From a virus (taxonomy: Duplodnaviria; Caudoviricetes), in IMG/VR virus record IMGVR_UViG_2595698635_000001, positions 6,839 to 70,838 of that record: DNA of 64,000 bases; one strand, written 5' to 3'. A program made the translations under genes and the position numbers. Below are positions 29,928 through 39,257 of this stretch, in pieces. Under the pieces are notes generated by a model. The model saw only the letters and a list, made by a program, of their open reading frames with translations, did no database searches and was not told the DNA's origin. Numbering within the stretch: position 1 is the stretch's first letter; each line of letters starts with the position of its first letter.

Positions 29928-30128
29928 TCAGCGCCCGCCCCACCAGCCCCGGCCTGGGCGCTCGGCGTGCCAGGCGTCGATGGTGGCGGGGAGCCAGCCG
30001 ACCGTCCCGCCGATACGGGCGTCGGGCTCGGGCAGAGGAACCTTGTTCAGCGACCGGACAGACTTCATGCCCAGGCGCTCGGCCACCTCGGTCTTGCTGA
30101 GGTAGACGGCCATGTTGGCGGCGCTCAT
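29928..30128 (-). CDS. AlpA/excisionase-like HTH DNA-binding protein
   Basis: YLSKTEVAERLG...LPEPDARIG...GWLPATIDAW. Confidence 0.8.
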   Translation of the reverse strand: MSAANMAVYLSKTEVAERLGMKSVRSLNKVPLPEPDARIGGTVGWLPATIDAWHAERPGRGWWGGR

Positions 30129-30553
30129 CGTGGGCTCCTGATGTCGACGGGGTTCTGCTTGGACGTGAGCGTAATGCGTGGCTGATCCTCAGCCGTCAGC
30201 GCGAACATCGCCGCGCGCCCGGCCACGTTCCGCTCCCACTCCCAGCGCGGATCGGTGTCGATCAGGATGGTGACGCCACCGGCCTTGCGGGCCTGGTCCA
30301 CCAGGGCGTCGGCGGTGGCGTCGAACAGGTCCACCAGCTCGGTCACCTTGGTCAGGAACCCGACGGGGCACATGTTGCGCCCGTTCTCGATGCGCTGGTA
30401 GTCGCGCCGGTCGAACTCCAGCCGCGCCGCCATGGCGCGCTGGCTGATGCCCATGTAGGTCCGGTGGGCGTAGATCAGCTCACCGAGGCCGTAGCACCGC
30501 TCGGTGGGCTGGACGGGTGCCGAGCGAACCTGAGGTTCGTCGGCGGCAGTAAT
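30125..30553 (-). CDS. XRE-family HTH protein (start approximate)
   Basis: HRTYMGISQRAMAARL...YQRIENG. Confidence 0.75.
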   Translation of the reverse strand: MTAADEPQVRSAPVQPTERCYGLGELIYAHRTYMGISQRAMAARLEFDRRDYQRIENGRNMCPVGFLTKVTELVDLFDATADALVDQARKAGGVTILIDTDPRWEWERNVAGRAAMFALTAEDQPRITLTSKQNPVDIRSPR

Positions 30554-30580
30554 GGTCATCTGCGTGCCTTTCGTGGTGGT

Positions 30581-30606
30581 GGCCCCGGCTCGGGTGAGCC
30601 GGGGCC
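30581..30606 (-). terminator. Stem-loop after the DUF6011-like gene
   Basis: GGCCCCGGCTC-GGGT-GAGCCGGGGCC. Confidence 0.6.
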
Positions 30607-30623
30607 GGTGGAGCGGGCGGTGG

Positions 30624-31397
30624 TTACCAGCCCGCCTTGGACGCGCACTTGGGTCCGATGCCTCGGGCGCGGCTCTCGTCGTTGGTCAGCGTCCGCCCGC
30701 ACAGCCCGCACTCACCGATGTGATGGCCGTAGGCGGCGCTCGCGGCCTCAGCGCCGACCGCCGCGATCTTGCGGAGGATGGCGTCACCAGCGGCGCGGCT
30801 CAGCCGCACCTCCTCGTCGGACTGCATCAGCTTGACGAACACGAACCCGGCCCACTTGCCCGAGTCGGGCCGGTCGACCTTGTAGAAGGCCAGCTCGTTG
30901 GTCGCGCCCGCCTCGGTGGCCACCGCGTACCGACCGGCGGGCACCACCTCGGCGCTCGGGCGGTCACCCGTCACGGGCAGCTCGGCGTCGGCCTTGGGCG
31001 CGCCGGGCGTCAGGTCGAACAGCCAGGTGATCAGCTTGGACGCGCCCTCCTTGGTCAGCGGCGCGTACAGCCACCGGTCCTCAGCGCGGAGGTCACCGTT
31101 GGCCTCGTTGAGGTAGGCCAGGATGGCGTTCACGCGCTCGCCGTAGGCGGCACCGCGCCCGACCGCGTTGTGGATGGCGCGGCTGACCTCGGCGGGCGTG
31201 GCGTCGGCCATCGGGGCCAGCGCCCAGCTGATGACCAGGTTGAGCACGGTGCAACGCTGGATGTACTTGTCGGCGTTCTCGGCGTCACGCCAGTAGCCGC
31301 GCTCCAGGGCCGGAACGATGGCCCGCTGGATCTGGGCGTCGGTGGCCGGGCGGACGTCGGTGGCGGCGGCGGCGGTGGACTTGAACGGTGAACCCAT
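30624..31397 (-). CDS. DUF6011-like Zn-finger protein
   Basis: C-terminal CGLCGRTLTNDESRARGIGPKCA. Confidence 0.75.
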   Translation of the reverse strand: MGSPFKSTAAAATDVRPATDAQIQRAIVPALERGYWRDAENADKYIQRCTVLNLVISWALAPMADATPAEVSRAIHNAVGRGAAYGERVNAILAYLNEANGDLRAEDRWLYAPLTKEGASKLITWLFDLTPGAPKADAELPVTGDRPSAEVVPAGRYAVATEAGATNELAFYKVDRPDSGKWAGFVFVKLMQSDEEVRLSRAAGDAILRKIAAVGAEAASAAYGHHIGECGLCGRTLTNDESRARGIGPKCASKAGW

Positions 31398-31417
31398 GGT
31401 CTTGACCTCTCACTCTC

Positions 31418-31475
31418 GGCGGGCCGGTCCCGCCTTGATGAGACCACACTAACCCGAGTGAGTCGGGTATGTCAA
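31418..31475 (-). promoter_or_regulatory. Module 2: TTGACA-N18-TAGTGT, operator 31450-31470, hairpin 31418-31434
   Basis: Repeat motif match. Confidence 0.85.
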
Positions 31476-31508
31476 CCGGGCTCACGGTGGCGGTCTACTC
31501 TGGGGGAC

Positions 31509-32984
31509 ATGGCTTTGGGAGCACCGATGGAGAACGGCTGGCCCGAGTGCGACCTGTCGGACACCGAGCGCCTGACGATCCCCGGCACGCCGCTGAGTCT
31601 GCCCATCCGTGAGGGCCAGCCGCACGCCATCCTCCAAGCGTTCTTCCGCGACGTCAACGAGTTCATCGAGCCCGCCAACAACGGCAGCGGCTACAAGGAC
31701 GAGGGCAGCTGGACCGAGAACAACAGCGTCTACACGTCGAACCACAAGGGCGGCACCGCCGTCGACTGGAACTGGAACGATCACCCGCTGCACGTCAAGG
31801 ACGGCGGCTGGGGCGGCTCGGTGCTCATCAACGGCTCCCAGGTACCCGCGATGCGCGAGCTGCTGGCCTGGTACGAGGGCATGGTGTTCTGGGGCAACGA
31901 CTGGAGCAGCCCCGTCGACTCGATGCACTTCCAGATGGGCTACAACACGTTTGGCTCGGCCAACTTCGCCAGGGTCGACAGCTTCATCCAGCGGAAGATC
32001 CGCGCCGACGGGTTCTCCACGTACCGGCGCGGCGGCACGCCTCGGGGCGGCGGGTTCGCCGAGGTGCCCGCTGCCCCGGTCCACCCGATCAAGCCGACGT
32101 CCGGCCTCACGCCTGAGGTGCTATGGCGGATCGCTGGCGGCGTGGCGTCCGAGCTGCCGGTGAGCCACTTCGAGCGATGGTTCGATGAGCTGGTCGAGTG
32201 CCAGGCGGCGTGCGGCGTGCTGGGCAACATCGACCGCTCGGCCATGTGGTACGCCCAGGTGTTCCATGAGTCGGGCAACCTGGTCCACACTGAGGAGATC
32301 GCCAGCGGCGCGGCCTACGAGGGCCGGTGCGAGGGCCTGGGCAACTGCCAGCCCGGTGACGGCGTGCGGTTCAAGGGCCGGTCGTTTATCCAGGTCACGG
32401 GCCGATCCAACTACACCAAGCTGTCCGGCTGGGCTCACGGCAAGGGCTACGTCCCGACGCCTGACTACTTCGTGATCCACCCCGATCAGCTCGATGATGA
32501 TCAGTACGCCATGCTCGGCGTCACCTGGTACTGGACCACTCAGCGCCCGATGAACGACGCCGCCGACGCCCGCAACCTGGAGCTGGCCACCCGCTACGTG
32601 AACGGCGGAACCAACGGCCTGGCCCACCGCCGGGAAATCTACAACCGCGCCCTCGCTGAGAACGCGAACCTGCTGCTGACCAACCCCGTGGAGCCCTGGG
32701 AGGAACTGATGGCCACCGCCGTCCCGTCGCTGTCGATCTATGCCAACCCCGGTGAGGAGGACGTGCCGCTGGCGGTGATGCTGGCCGCGCTCGACGCTCA
32801 CGGCCCGCATGAGCCCTACGTGGAGCGCCAGGCCATCGAGTTCGGTGACGCCGACTCCATCCGCCGCATCGCCCGCACCGCCAACGGTCAGGGCCGAGTG
32901 AAGACCCCGGCTGCCATCAAGCAGGCCACCGACGCCTTCCGCCTGATTCCCGCCGAGTTCATCCGCGCCGCCATCCCCGCCTAA
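31509..32984 (+). CDS. lysA: Endolysin (M15 peptidase + GH19 glycoside hydrolase)
   Basis: ENGWP, SNHKGGTAVD, DSMHFQ (M15); FHES, DGVRFKGRSFIQVTGRSNY, VNGGTNGLAHR (GH19). Confidence 0.93.
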   Translation: MALGAPMENGWPECDLSDTERLTIPGTPLSLPIREGQPHAILQAFFRDVNEFIEPANNGSGYKDEGSWTENNSVYTSNHKGGTAVDWNWNDHPLHVKDGGWGGSVLINGSQVPAMRELLAWYEGMVFWGNDWSSPVDSMHFQMGYNTFGSANFARVDSFIQRKIRADGFSTYRRGGTPRGGGFAEVPAAPVHPIKPTSGLTPEVLWRIAGGVASELPVSHFERWFDELVECQAACGVLGNIDRSAMWYAQVFHESGNLVHTEEIASGAAYEGRCEGLGNCQPGDGVRFKGRSFIQVTGRSNYTKLSGWAHGKGYVPTPDYFVIHPDQLDDDQYAMLGVTWYWTTQRPMNDAADARNLELATRYVNGGTNGLAHRREIYNRALAENANLLLTNPVEPWEELMATAVPSLSIYANPGEEDVPLAVMLAALDAHGPHEPYVERQAIEFGDADSIRRIARTANGQGRVKTPAAIKQATDAFRLIPAEFIRAAIPA

Positions 32985-32993
32985 GGAGACCCG

Positions 32994-33515
32994 ATGTCTG
33001 ACCAGACCCTGTACGTGAACCCCGACGGCACGACCGCTCGGGTGAGCCCCAACTTCGTCCCCGGTGGCCCCGCCGACCCCAAGGCCCCGCTCGTCCAGAA
33101 GTTCTACGCCGCGCTCACCGCCGTGGCCGGTCTCGTCGGCCTGGCGTCGGCGCTCGGCATGATCACCGGGGAGCAGGCCGCGAGCCTGGGCCAGGTGTCC
33201 ACCACCGGCACCGCGTTCGTGGCGGCGGTCGGCACGGCGGTGGCCGCGTTCCGCACCAAGAAGCAGATCGACAACGGCACGTTCACTCAGGCCCCGCCGC
33301 CCGCTGAGCTGCCCGTGGTGCCCGCCCTGGAACAGCTCAAGATCATCCGCGACGTGGCCGATCAGGAGCTGAACCGAGGCGTGGACCGGGCCAAGGACGC
33401 CGCCGACGTGATCGGCGGGGTGCTCGGGTCCATCCCGGTGGTCGGCAAGCCGCTGGCCGGGGCCGTGGACACCTTCGAGGACGTCACCGACTATCTCGGC
33501 GCGTTCCGGCGGTGA
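32994..33515 (+). CDS. Holin / lysis membrane protein
   Basis: Two hydrophobic segments; lies between lysA and lysB. Confidence 0.7.
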   Translation: MSDQTLYVNPDGTTARVSPNFVPGGPADPKAPLVQKFYAALTAVAGLVGLASALGMITGEQAASLGQVSTTGTAFVAAVGTAVAAFRTKKQIDNGTFTQAPPPAELPVVPALEQLKIIRDVADQELNRGVDRAKDAADVIGGVLGSIPVVGKPLAGAVDTFEDVTDYLGAFRR

Positions 33516-34522
33516 GCCTCGCCCTGGGCTCGTCGGGCCTGATGACCGCCGCCTGGACCGCCATGATGCGGCTCAGGTACCCGAGCTATGCCCTGGGCCG
33601 TGACGGCAACCCGATCAAGGTCGATGGGTACTTCGGGTACGACGAGGAGGGCGTGGCGGCTCAGTACCAGTCACGCACCGGCCAGCTGCCCACCGGCCAC
33701 GTCAGCGACCGAGACCTCCACCAGCTCGGTCTGCTGCCCACGCTGATCAGCACGCACGGCTCGGGCCAGCCTGACCCGTTCGGCATCGGCTACCCGGCGG
33801 ACATCGCGCGCCGCCTGCTGCACCTGTACTGGTGGCAGCCGACCGGCAACTACCCGGCCACCTCGGTGCCGATGCGGGACAGCGCCGACCAGGGCTACCG
33901 GGAGATCCTGCGGTTCCTCGGTGACCCGGTGATCGTGCCGGGTGACGCGGCGTTCGTGGACTACAGCCAGGGCTCCATCTGCGGTGGCCGGGCGCGGAAC
34001 GACATCCGCGCCGGGAAGATCATCCGCCCGAAGGGCTCGGCCCCGGTGAAGCTGCTTGGCGGCGTCACGCTCGGCAACCCCATGCGCCCCGAGGGCGCTT
34101 ACGCGGGCAACGTCGACCCCGGCGGCTCGGGCCTGGACCCGACGCTGGAGACGGCCAGTGAGCCGGGGATGCTGCACCTGGCGCACCCCGGCGACATCTA
34201 CACCGCCTGGGAGGACGACGGCTCCAAGGAGATGGCTCGGGCGGTGTTCAACGGGGTGTTCCTGCGGTTCACCGGGCGCGACTCGATCATCGAGCAGTTC
34301 ATGGAGCTACTGAGTGGTAACCCGCTGGAGATCCTGTGGGCCGGGCGGGCCATCTTGCGCGGTGGCATGTTCGTCATCAAGGGCACCGGCCCTCACGTCC
34401 AGTACCACACCCAGCAGTGCCCCGGCACCGGTCAGACCTACTACGAGCACGGCGTCACTCACCTGGAGCGCCTGGCCACCGCCCGGCTGGAGGCGATTGT
34501 GGCCCGAGGCCGAGCGGCGTAA
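33512..34522 (+). CDS. lysB: Lysin B (cutinase-like mycolylarabinogalactan esterase)
   Basis: GNYPAT, DYSQG, LGNPMR, GDIY, HVQY motifs. Confidence 0.9.
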   Translation: MSLALGSSGLMTAAWTAMMRLRYPSYALGRDGNPIKVDGYFGYDEEGVAAQYQSRTGQLPTGHVSDRDLHQLGLLPTLISTHGSGQPDPFGIGYPADIARRLLHLYWWQPTGNYPATSVPMRDSADQGYREILRFLGDPVIVPGDAAFVDYSQGSICGGRARNDIRAGKIIRPKGSAPVKLLGGVTLGNPMRPEGAYAGNVDPGGSGLDPTLETASEPGMLHLAHPGDIYTAWEDDGSKEMARAVFNGVFLRFTGRDSIIEQFMELLSGNPLEILWAGRAILRGGMFVIKGTGPHVQYHTQQCPGTGQTYYEHGVTHLERLATARLEAIVARGRAA

Positions 34523-34562
34523 TCTGGGCGGCGTCGGTCTTGGTTGTGGTGGCCAAAACGAA

Positions 34563-34596
34563 CAACGGCCCCGGTGAGTGATCACCGGGGCCGTTG
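34563..34596. terminator. Bidirectional terminator between lysis and replication blocks
   Basis: 15-bp perfect stem CAACGGCCCCGGTGA / TCACCGGGGCCGTTG. Confidence 0.85.
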
Positions 34597-34608
34597 CCGT
34601 TGGGGTCG

Positions 34609-35244
34609 CTACGCCCGAGCGCGAGCCGCCTCCAGGCCCGCGTTGTAAATCTCGATGTCGTCCTCCTCCAGGGCCTTGAGGATGTACGGGGCCGACTGAC
34701 CGGGCTTCTTGTTGCCCTTGACGATCCACCCGCGCTTCCAGGTGATCCCCTTCTCCAGCGCGCCCTTGGCCTCACGGATCAGCGGCGCGTTGAACAGCAG
34801 CACGTCCTCCAGCCGCTCGCCCAGCTCGTAGGCCTCGAACGTCTGGACATCGCCGTCCTTGTCGAGAATCTGGATCAGACCCTCGTCGTTCAGCGTGGCC
34901 GTCTGGCCGTTGACCGCGCCCGGCTGAGGCACGGTCAGCGGGATGATGTCGCAGCGGGCGAACGGGCTCGGCTTCCCGTCCTCGCGCTTGACCGAGGTGG
35001 ACATCTCCCCGGTCTCCTTCGCGTGCATCAGCACCATCTGGCCGAGGAACGCCGAGGACTTGAGCCCCGAGATACCGGTGGCGTCCTGGACGTTGCCGAA
35101 CGGGTCGGACTTGGCCCCGGTGGACTTGGGCGAGCCGTCGCCCTTGCCCTCGGGGGCGGGGAGGCCGGGGGCCTCAGCGGGGGCCGACGCCGGGGCGGCG
35201 GCGGTAGCGGTGGAACCGGACTTCTTGTCGAACGGGCTGGGCAC
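34609..35244 (-). CDS. Hypothetical protein, possibly SSB-like
   Basis: AGGAG before GTG 35244; beta-rich core next to the exonuclease; function is inference. Confidence 0.6.
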   Translation of the reverse strand: MPSPFDKKSGSTATAAAPASAPAEAPGLPAPEGKGDGSPKSTGAKSDPFGNVQDATGISGLKSSAFLGQMVLMHAKETGEMSTSVKREDGKPSPFARCDIIPLTVPQPGAVNGQTATLNDEGLIQILDKDGDVQTFEAYELGERLEDVLLFNAPLIREAKGALEKGITWKRGWIVKGNKKPGQSAPYILKALEEDDIEIYNAGLEAARARA

Positions 35245-35287
35245 TTTGTTACTCCTGGTGTTGGTGTTGTTGCTGGTGCTGAGGTGG

Positions 35288-36715
35288 TTACAGCAGCCCG
35301 GCGATGGTTTCGCCGAACTCCCCCAGGGCGTCATCCCAGACGTCCTGGTAGGTCTCGTAGACGGCCTGGCCGTCCTCGGCGCTGGTGATCGCACTCAGCG
35401 CCAGTCGGGCCTCCGCGTACCGGATTGCCTCCTTGCTCGGGGTCGGGATGGCGTGACGGGGCACCACCTTGGGTGCCTCCTTCCGCCGGGCTCGGGCGCT
35501 CAGGCTCTCCACCAGCACCTCACCGGCCCACCACATGTCGATGGTGATCGCCGCCGCCTTCTCGGGCTGGTTGCTCGGGACGTGGAGCAGGATCGCGTAG
35601 TCGTGGCGGATCTCGGGCATGGGCTCCCAGCCCTTCCCGTCGACCGTGAGCATCTTGGTGGCCCACCCGTACACGCCGCCGATCTGGACGCCGTAGGTGA
35701 GCCAGCTGTAGTCCAGGCCCTTGCTGGTCTTGATGTCGCCCAGCACCAGGTCGCCCGTGGTGATCACGCGGAAAATGCAGTCGAGCTTGCCCGCCACGGT
35801 CTCCTCGCCCTGGTCGTTGAGGACGGTGCGCTCGCAATACTCGGGGAGCATGATCAGGCCCCGGTGAGCGATGACCCGGTGAGCGTGCTTGACGTGAGGC
35901 CGGACCACCTCGGGGACGTCGCGCATCAGCACCAGCCCCTGGCACAGGGCCTCCAGCCAGGCGTGAGCGCACTCGCCCAGCTCGCGGGCCTCAGCGCCGC
36001 CCATCACGTTGTCGATCATCTCCAGCGTGTTGTCGATGGCGTAGACCTTGCCGGACTTCATGGCGTCATCGAGCGCGCCGAGGGCGTCGGCGGCGGTGGT
36101 CGGCCCGGTCGGGTCGGTGTAGATCACCGTGGCCGGGTCCATCCGGCTGAGCTGGAGCACCTGCATGGCGCGCTCGCGGATCTTCCACTTGGTGAGGTTG
36201 CTCTGCTCCTCCAGGGTCTTGGCGATGGTGGTGGCGCGCGGGTAGATCGCGCCGCGCCCGGTCTCGGGGTTCGGCAGCTTGTACCAGCCCCATTGCCCGT
36301 ACTCACTCGGGGCGCGCGGTGACTCGGGCGGCAGCGGGTAGTGCATGTACTGGGTCACGCGCTGGACGGCGACCGGCTCGAAATTCTCGTCCAGCCCCTC
36401 GGGCTGCTTTCGTCGGGCCACGATGATCTCCTCGGTGTTGTGTGGTGGCGGGCTGGGCTCGGGCGTGAACGTCACGCTGACGATCTCGGGCATGGTGACC
36501 CCGGCGGGGGCCTGTTCGTGGCTGAGCGTGGCGCACAGCGGCTCGGGCGCGCCCTCCGCGCGGTAGTCGGGGTGAGCCAGGGCCAGGTTCGTGGTCCAGC
36601 CGTCCCCGAGCCGCCCGTGAGCGCCTTCGTGGGCGTCGAACGCCCGGTAGTAGACCCGACCGTCGGGCTGGCGGCGGGCCGGGAACGCCTCGGCCACGTT
36701 GAACCGCTCGGTCAT
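35288..36715 (-). CDS. Cas4/RecB-like PD-(D/E)XK exonuclease with N-terminal extension
   Basis: RATTI, GECAH, AGKLD, GDIKT, QIGGVY motifs; second candidate start at 36421. Confidence 0.8.
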   Translation of the reverse strand: MTERFNVAEAFPARRQPDGRVYYRAFDAHEGAHGRLGDGWTTNLALAHPDYRAEGAPEPLCATLSHEQAPAGVTMPEIVSVTFTPEPSPPPHNTEEIIVARRKQPEGLDENFEPVAVQRVTQYMHYPLPPESPRAPSEYGQWGWYKLPNPETGRGAIYPRATTIAKTLEEQSNLTKWKIRERAMQVLQLSRMDPATVIYTDPTGPTTAADALGALDDAMKSGKVYAIDNTLEMIDNVMGGAEARELGECAHAWLEALCQGLVLMRDVPEVVRPHVKHAHRVIAHRGLIMLPEYCERTVLNDQGEETVAGKLDCIFRVITTGDLVLGDIKTSKGLDYSWLTYGVQIGGVYGWATKMLTVDGKGWEPMPEIRHDYAILLHVPSNQPEKAAAITIDMWWAGEVLVESLSARARRKEAPKVVPRHAIPTPSKEAIRYAEARLALSAITSAEDGQAVYETYQDVWDDALGEFGETIAGLL

Positions 36716-38460
36716 CCGAGCCACTTGTCCAGGACGCGGCTGGTGATCTTGACGCTGATCTCGTCGGACAGCTGGGCCTTGGTCATGTCCTCGGCCAGGG
36801 GGATGCCGAGACCACGCGCGTAGCTGATCTGAGCCTCGCTCGGCTTCTGCTTCCGACGCCAGCTGGCAGACTTCTCGGGCAGCTGCTGGTCGGACTCCAC
36901 GATCCAGGTCTCCGCGCCGTCGATGGCCTGGGCCAGGCTGACGTACTCCTCGGTCTCGGTCTGGTACCGGCCCGAGCCGGTCACGCTGATCACGATGGAC
37001 CGGCCCCGCGTGCTGGCCTGGCCGATGGCCCAGCGCACCGACTCGGCCTCACCGACCGGCGGCATGATCCCGCCCTCGGGCCACAGGAACACCACGGTGT
37101 TGTTCATCAGCGGGATGAACGGCACGCGCCCGGTGGTCTCCATCCAGAGGTTGTCCGAGCTGGCCAGCAGGTCGATGCTCATCAGCTCGACCGGCCCCTG
37201 GCGGACCTCCTTGATGGCCTCGCCGCCGTCGCCGGGCTCATCGAGCGGCGGGATCTCGGCGCAGGCGTAGCACTCGGCCTGGCCCATCAGCAGCGCGCCG
37301 CAGTTCGGGCAGAGCGCGTTGCCGTCCTCGTCCACCTCCTTGGCGTCGACGCCGGGCAGCAGCTGAGTCAGGCTGACGAGCTTCATGTGGCGCGCCGACC
37401 CGGCCAGGTCCAGCACCAGGGCGTCGTCCTTGCCGGGGTAGAGCCGCAGCGCCCGGCCCACCATCTGGCTGTAGAGGTTCTTGGAGCGCGTCGGGCGGGC
37501 CAGGACCACCGTGTCGCACATGGGGAAGTCAGCGCCCTCGGTGAGCACCTGGACGGTCACCAGGGCGCGGGACTCACCCGAGCGGAACCGGTCGTACACC
37601 GGCTGGCGCTCGGCATAGCTCATCGCGCCGGTCACGGCCTCGGCGGTGTACCCGACCGCGCTCAGGCTGTCCGCGATGTGGTGAGCCGCGTCCACGGACG
37701 CCGCGAAGATGATCGGCTGGCGGTCCTTGGCGTGCAGCTCGATGGCGTCGACCACGTAGCTGGTCGCGGCCTCCATCACCTCGGCCAGCTCGGCCTGATG
37801 GAAGTCACCGGCCACGTTGCGAACGTCATCGAGCGCGTCCAGGCCCTTGATCTTCACGGTGAGCCCGCGCGGGTTGACGAGGAACCCCATCTTGATCGCC
37901 CAGGCGATGTCCTTCTCGTAGCTGACCTTCTCGATGACGTCACCGAGGCCGATCACGCCGCGCCCGTCGCGGTACATGGTGGCGGTGAACCCGGCCATCA
38001 GCGCGGCGTCGTAGCCGCCCAGCTCGGAGAACGTGGTGTGGAACCCCTCAGCGCCCGCGTGGTGTACCTCGTCCCAGAAGATGCGCCCGCGCGGGCCGAG
38101 GGCCTGGCGGCGGTGGGCCGTGGCCAACGTCTGGAGCGTGGCGAACACGATGGGGCAGTGTGAGTCATCCTCCTCGGCGCGGACGATGCCGATGTCGGAG
38201 ACGGGGATGGTGGGATCGACGGCCAGGAGGTCGCGCTTCATCTGGTCGAGCAGTTCGCCACGGTGGGCCAGGGTGACCGAGGGGACGCCCGAGCGGTAGG
38301 CCCGGCGGATCAGCTCACCGATCACGGTTGACTTGCCTGCGCCGGTCGGGAGGACCACGCCGCAACGGCGGCGACCGGCTGCCCAATCGCGCTCTACGGC
38401 ATCGGCGGCGGCGAGCTGGTAAGAGCGCAGCTCACGCGGGGCGGGAAGCGTGGATGTCAT
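36712..38460 (-). CDS. Superfamily 2 DNA helicase
   Basis: PTGAGKS, DEVH, TAT, LTEGAD, QMVGRALR motifs. Confidence 0.93.
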   Translation of the reverse strand: MTSTLPAPRELRSYQLAAADAVERDWAAGRRRCGVVLPTGAGKSTVIGELIRRAYRSGVPSVTLAHRGELLDQMKRDLLAVDPTIPVSDIGIVRAEEDDSHCPIVFATLQTLATAHRRQALGPRGRIFWDEVHHAGAEGFHTTFSELGGYDAALMAGFTATMYRDGRGVIGLGDVIEKVSYEKDIAWAIKMGFLVNPRGLTVKIKGLDALDDVRNVAGDFHQAELAEVMEAATSYVVDAIELHAKDRQPIIFAASVDAAHHIADSLSAVGYTAEAVTGAMSYAERQPVYDRFRSGESRALVTVQVLTEGADFPMCDTVVLARPTRSKNLYSQMVGRALRLYPGKDDALVLDLAGSARHMKLVSLTQLLPGVDAKEVDEDGNALCPNCGALLMGQAECYACAEIPPLDEPGDGGEAIKEVRQGPVELMSIDLLASSDNLWMETTGRVPFIPLMNNTVVFLWPEGGIMPPVGEAESVRWAIGQASTRGRSIVISVTGSGRYQTETEEYVSLAQAIDGAETWIVESDQQLPEKSASWRRKQKPSEAQISYARGLGIPLAEDMTKAQLSDEISVKITSRVLDKWLG

Positions 38461-38520
38461 GTGGTGGAGGCCTTAGCTGGTGTGGTGGTGGGAGTGGAGG
38501 CAGAGGCGGGGGAGGGTGTT

Positions 38521-38593
38521 GGTGGTCGGGTCACTCGGGGTCTCCGTGTGACCCGACCACCTGACACTAGCCCGAGTCAGTCGGGTGAGTCAA
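38521..38593 (-). promoter_or_regulatory. Module 3: TTGACT-N18-TAGTGT, operator 38568-38588, followed by a 14-bp hairpin
   Basis: Repeat motif plus GGTGGTCGGGTCAC / GTGACCCGACCACC. Confidence 0.8.
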
Positions 38594-38754
38594 GACCAGC
38601 GCCGCGTGATGCAGACCTGCATCTCGTTGCGCCTGGCGGCACGGTAGGCCCGCCAGACCGCGAGCACCGAGTCACCCTCGTAGAGCAGCTGGTCGTGGTA
38701 GCCGTCGGGCGTCATGTCCCGACCCTCCACGCGCCAGCGCGCGGACTTGCTCAT
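38590..38754 (-). CDS. 54-aa hypothetical protein (MSKSARWRVEG...), not in the ORF track
   Basis: ATGA overlap with the upstream gene; GC3 codons. Confidence 0.6.
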   Translation of the reverse strand: MSKSARWRVEGRDMTPDGYHDQLLYEGDSVLAVWRAYRAARRNEMQVCITRRWS

Positions 38755-39221
38755 TTGACGAGGGCGACTTCGCCAGCCGCCGCCTGGAACACGTGGGACA
38801 GCCGGGTGAGCCCGAGCAGCTTCAACTCGTTGGCGCTGATCACGTCGCCCGACGCCGCCTCCAGCACCTGGAGCAGCGCGCGGGTCTCGGTCACCTGGGC
38901 CGGGCTCAGCAGCGCGTCGGGCCGACTGACCCCGTTGCGGATCTCGTAGTCCTGAGGGGCGGTGTAGAACACGTACTCCACGTCGCTGACGCCCAGCACC
39001 TTCCGCGCCTCGGCGCGGGTGAGCGTCGGGTTCCCCGCCCGGCGCAGGTGCTTGGTGATCAGATCACGGAGCCGTCCCAGCTTCTCGGGCGACCACTCGG
39101 CGGCGTGGTTGAGCTTCCACGCCTCGACCGCCTTCTTGTACTCGGCCTGGGACTTGTCGTGGTTGGCCAGCGCGGCCTTCGCGGCCTTGATCAGCGCGGC
39201 GCGGTTGAACGAAACAGCCAT
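38751..39221 (-). CDS. Hypothetical protein
   Basis: GAAGGAG RBS; good codon usage. Confidence 0.75.
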   Translation of the reverse strand: MAVSFNRAALIKAAKAALANHDKSQAEYKKAVEAWKLNHAAEWSPEKLGRLRDLITKHLRRAGNPTLTRAEARKVLGVSDVEYVFYTAPQDYEIRNGVSRPDALLSPAQVTETRALLQVLEAASGDVISANELKLLGLTRLSHVFQAAAGEVALVK

Positions 39222-39257
39222 CGGTGTATCTCCTTCGGTGGTGGTGGCCGACGCCGG

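Noticed and set aside
29928-30559. Lysogeny module (repressor plus excisionase)
   Set aside because: No integrase, attP or parAB is visible in the window; the HTH genes alone do not show temperance
38590-38754. Apparent frameshifted pseudogene
   Set aside because: On re-reading, ATG 38754 is in frame with the stop at 38590; it is an intact 54-aa ORF
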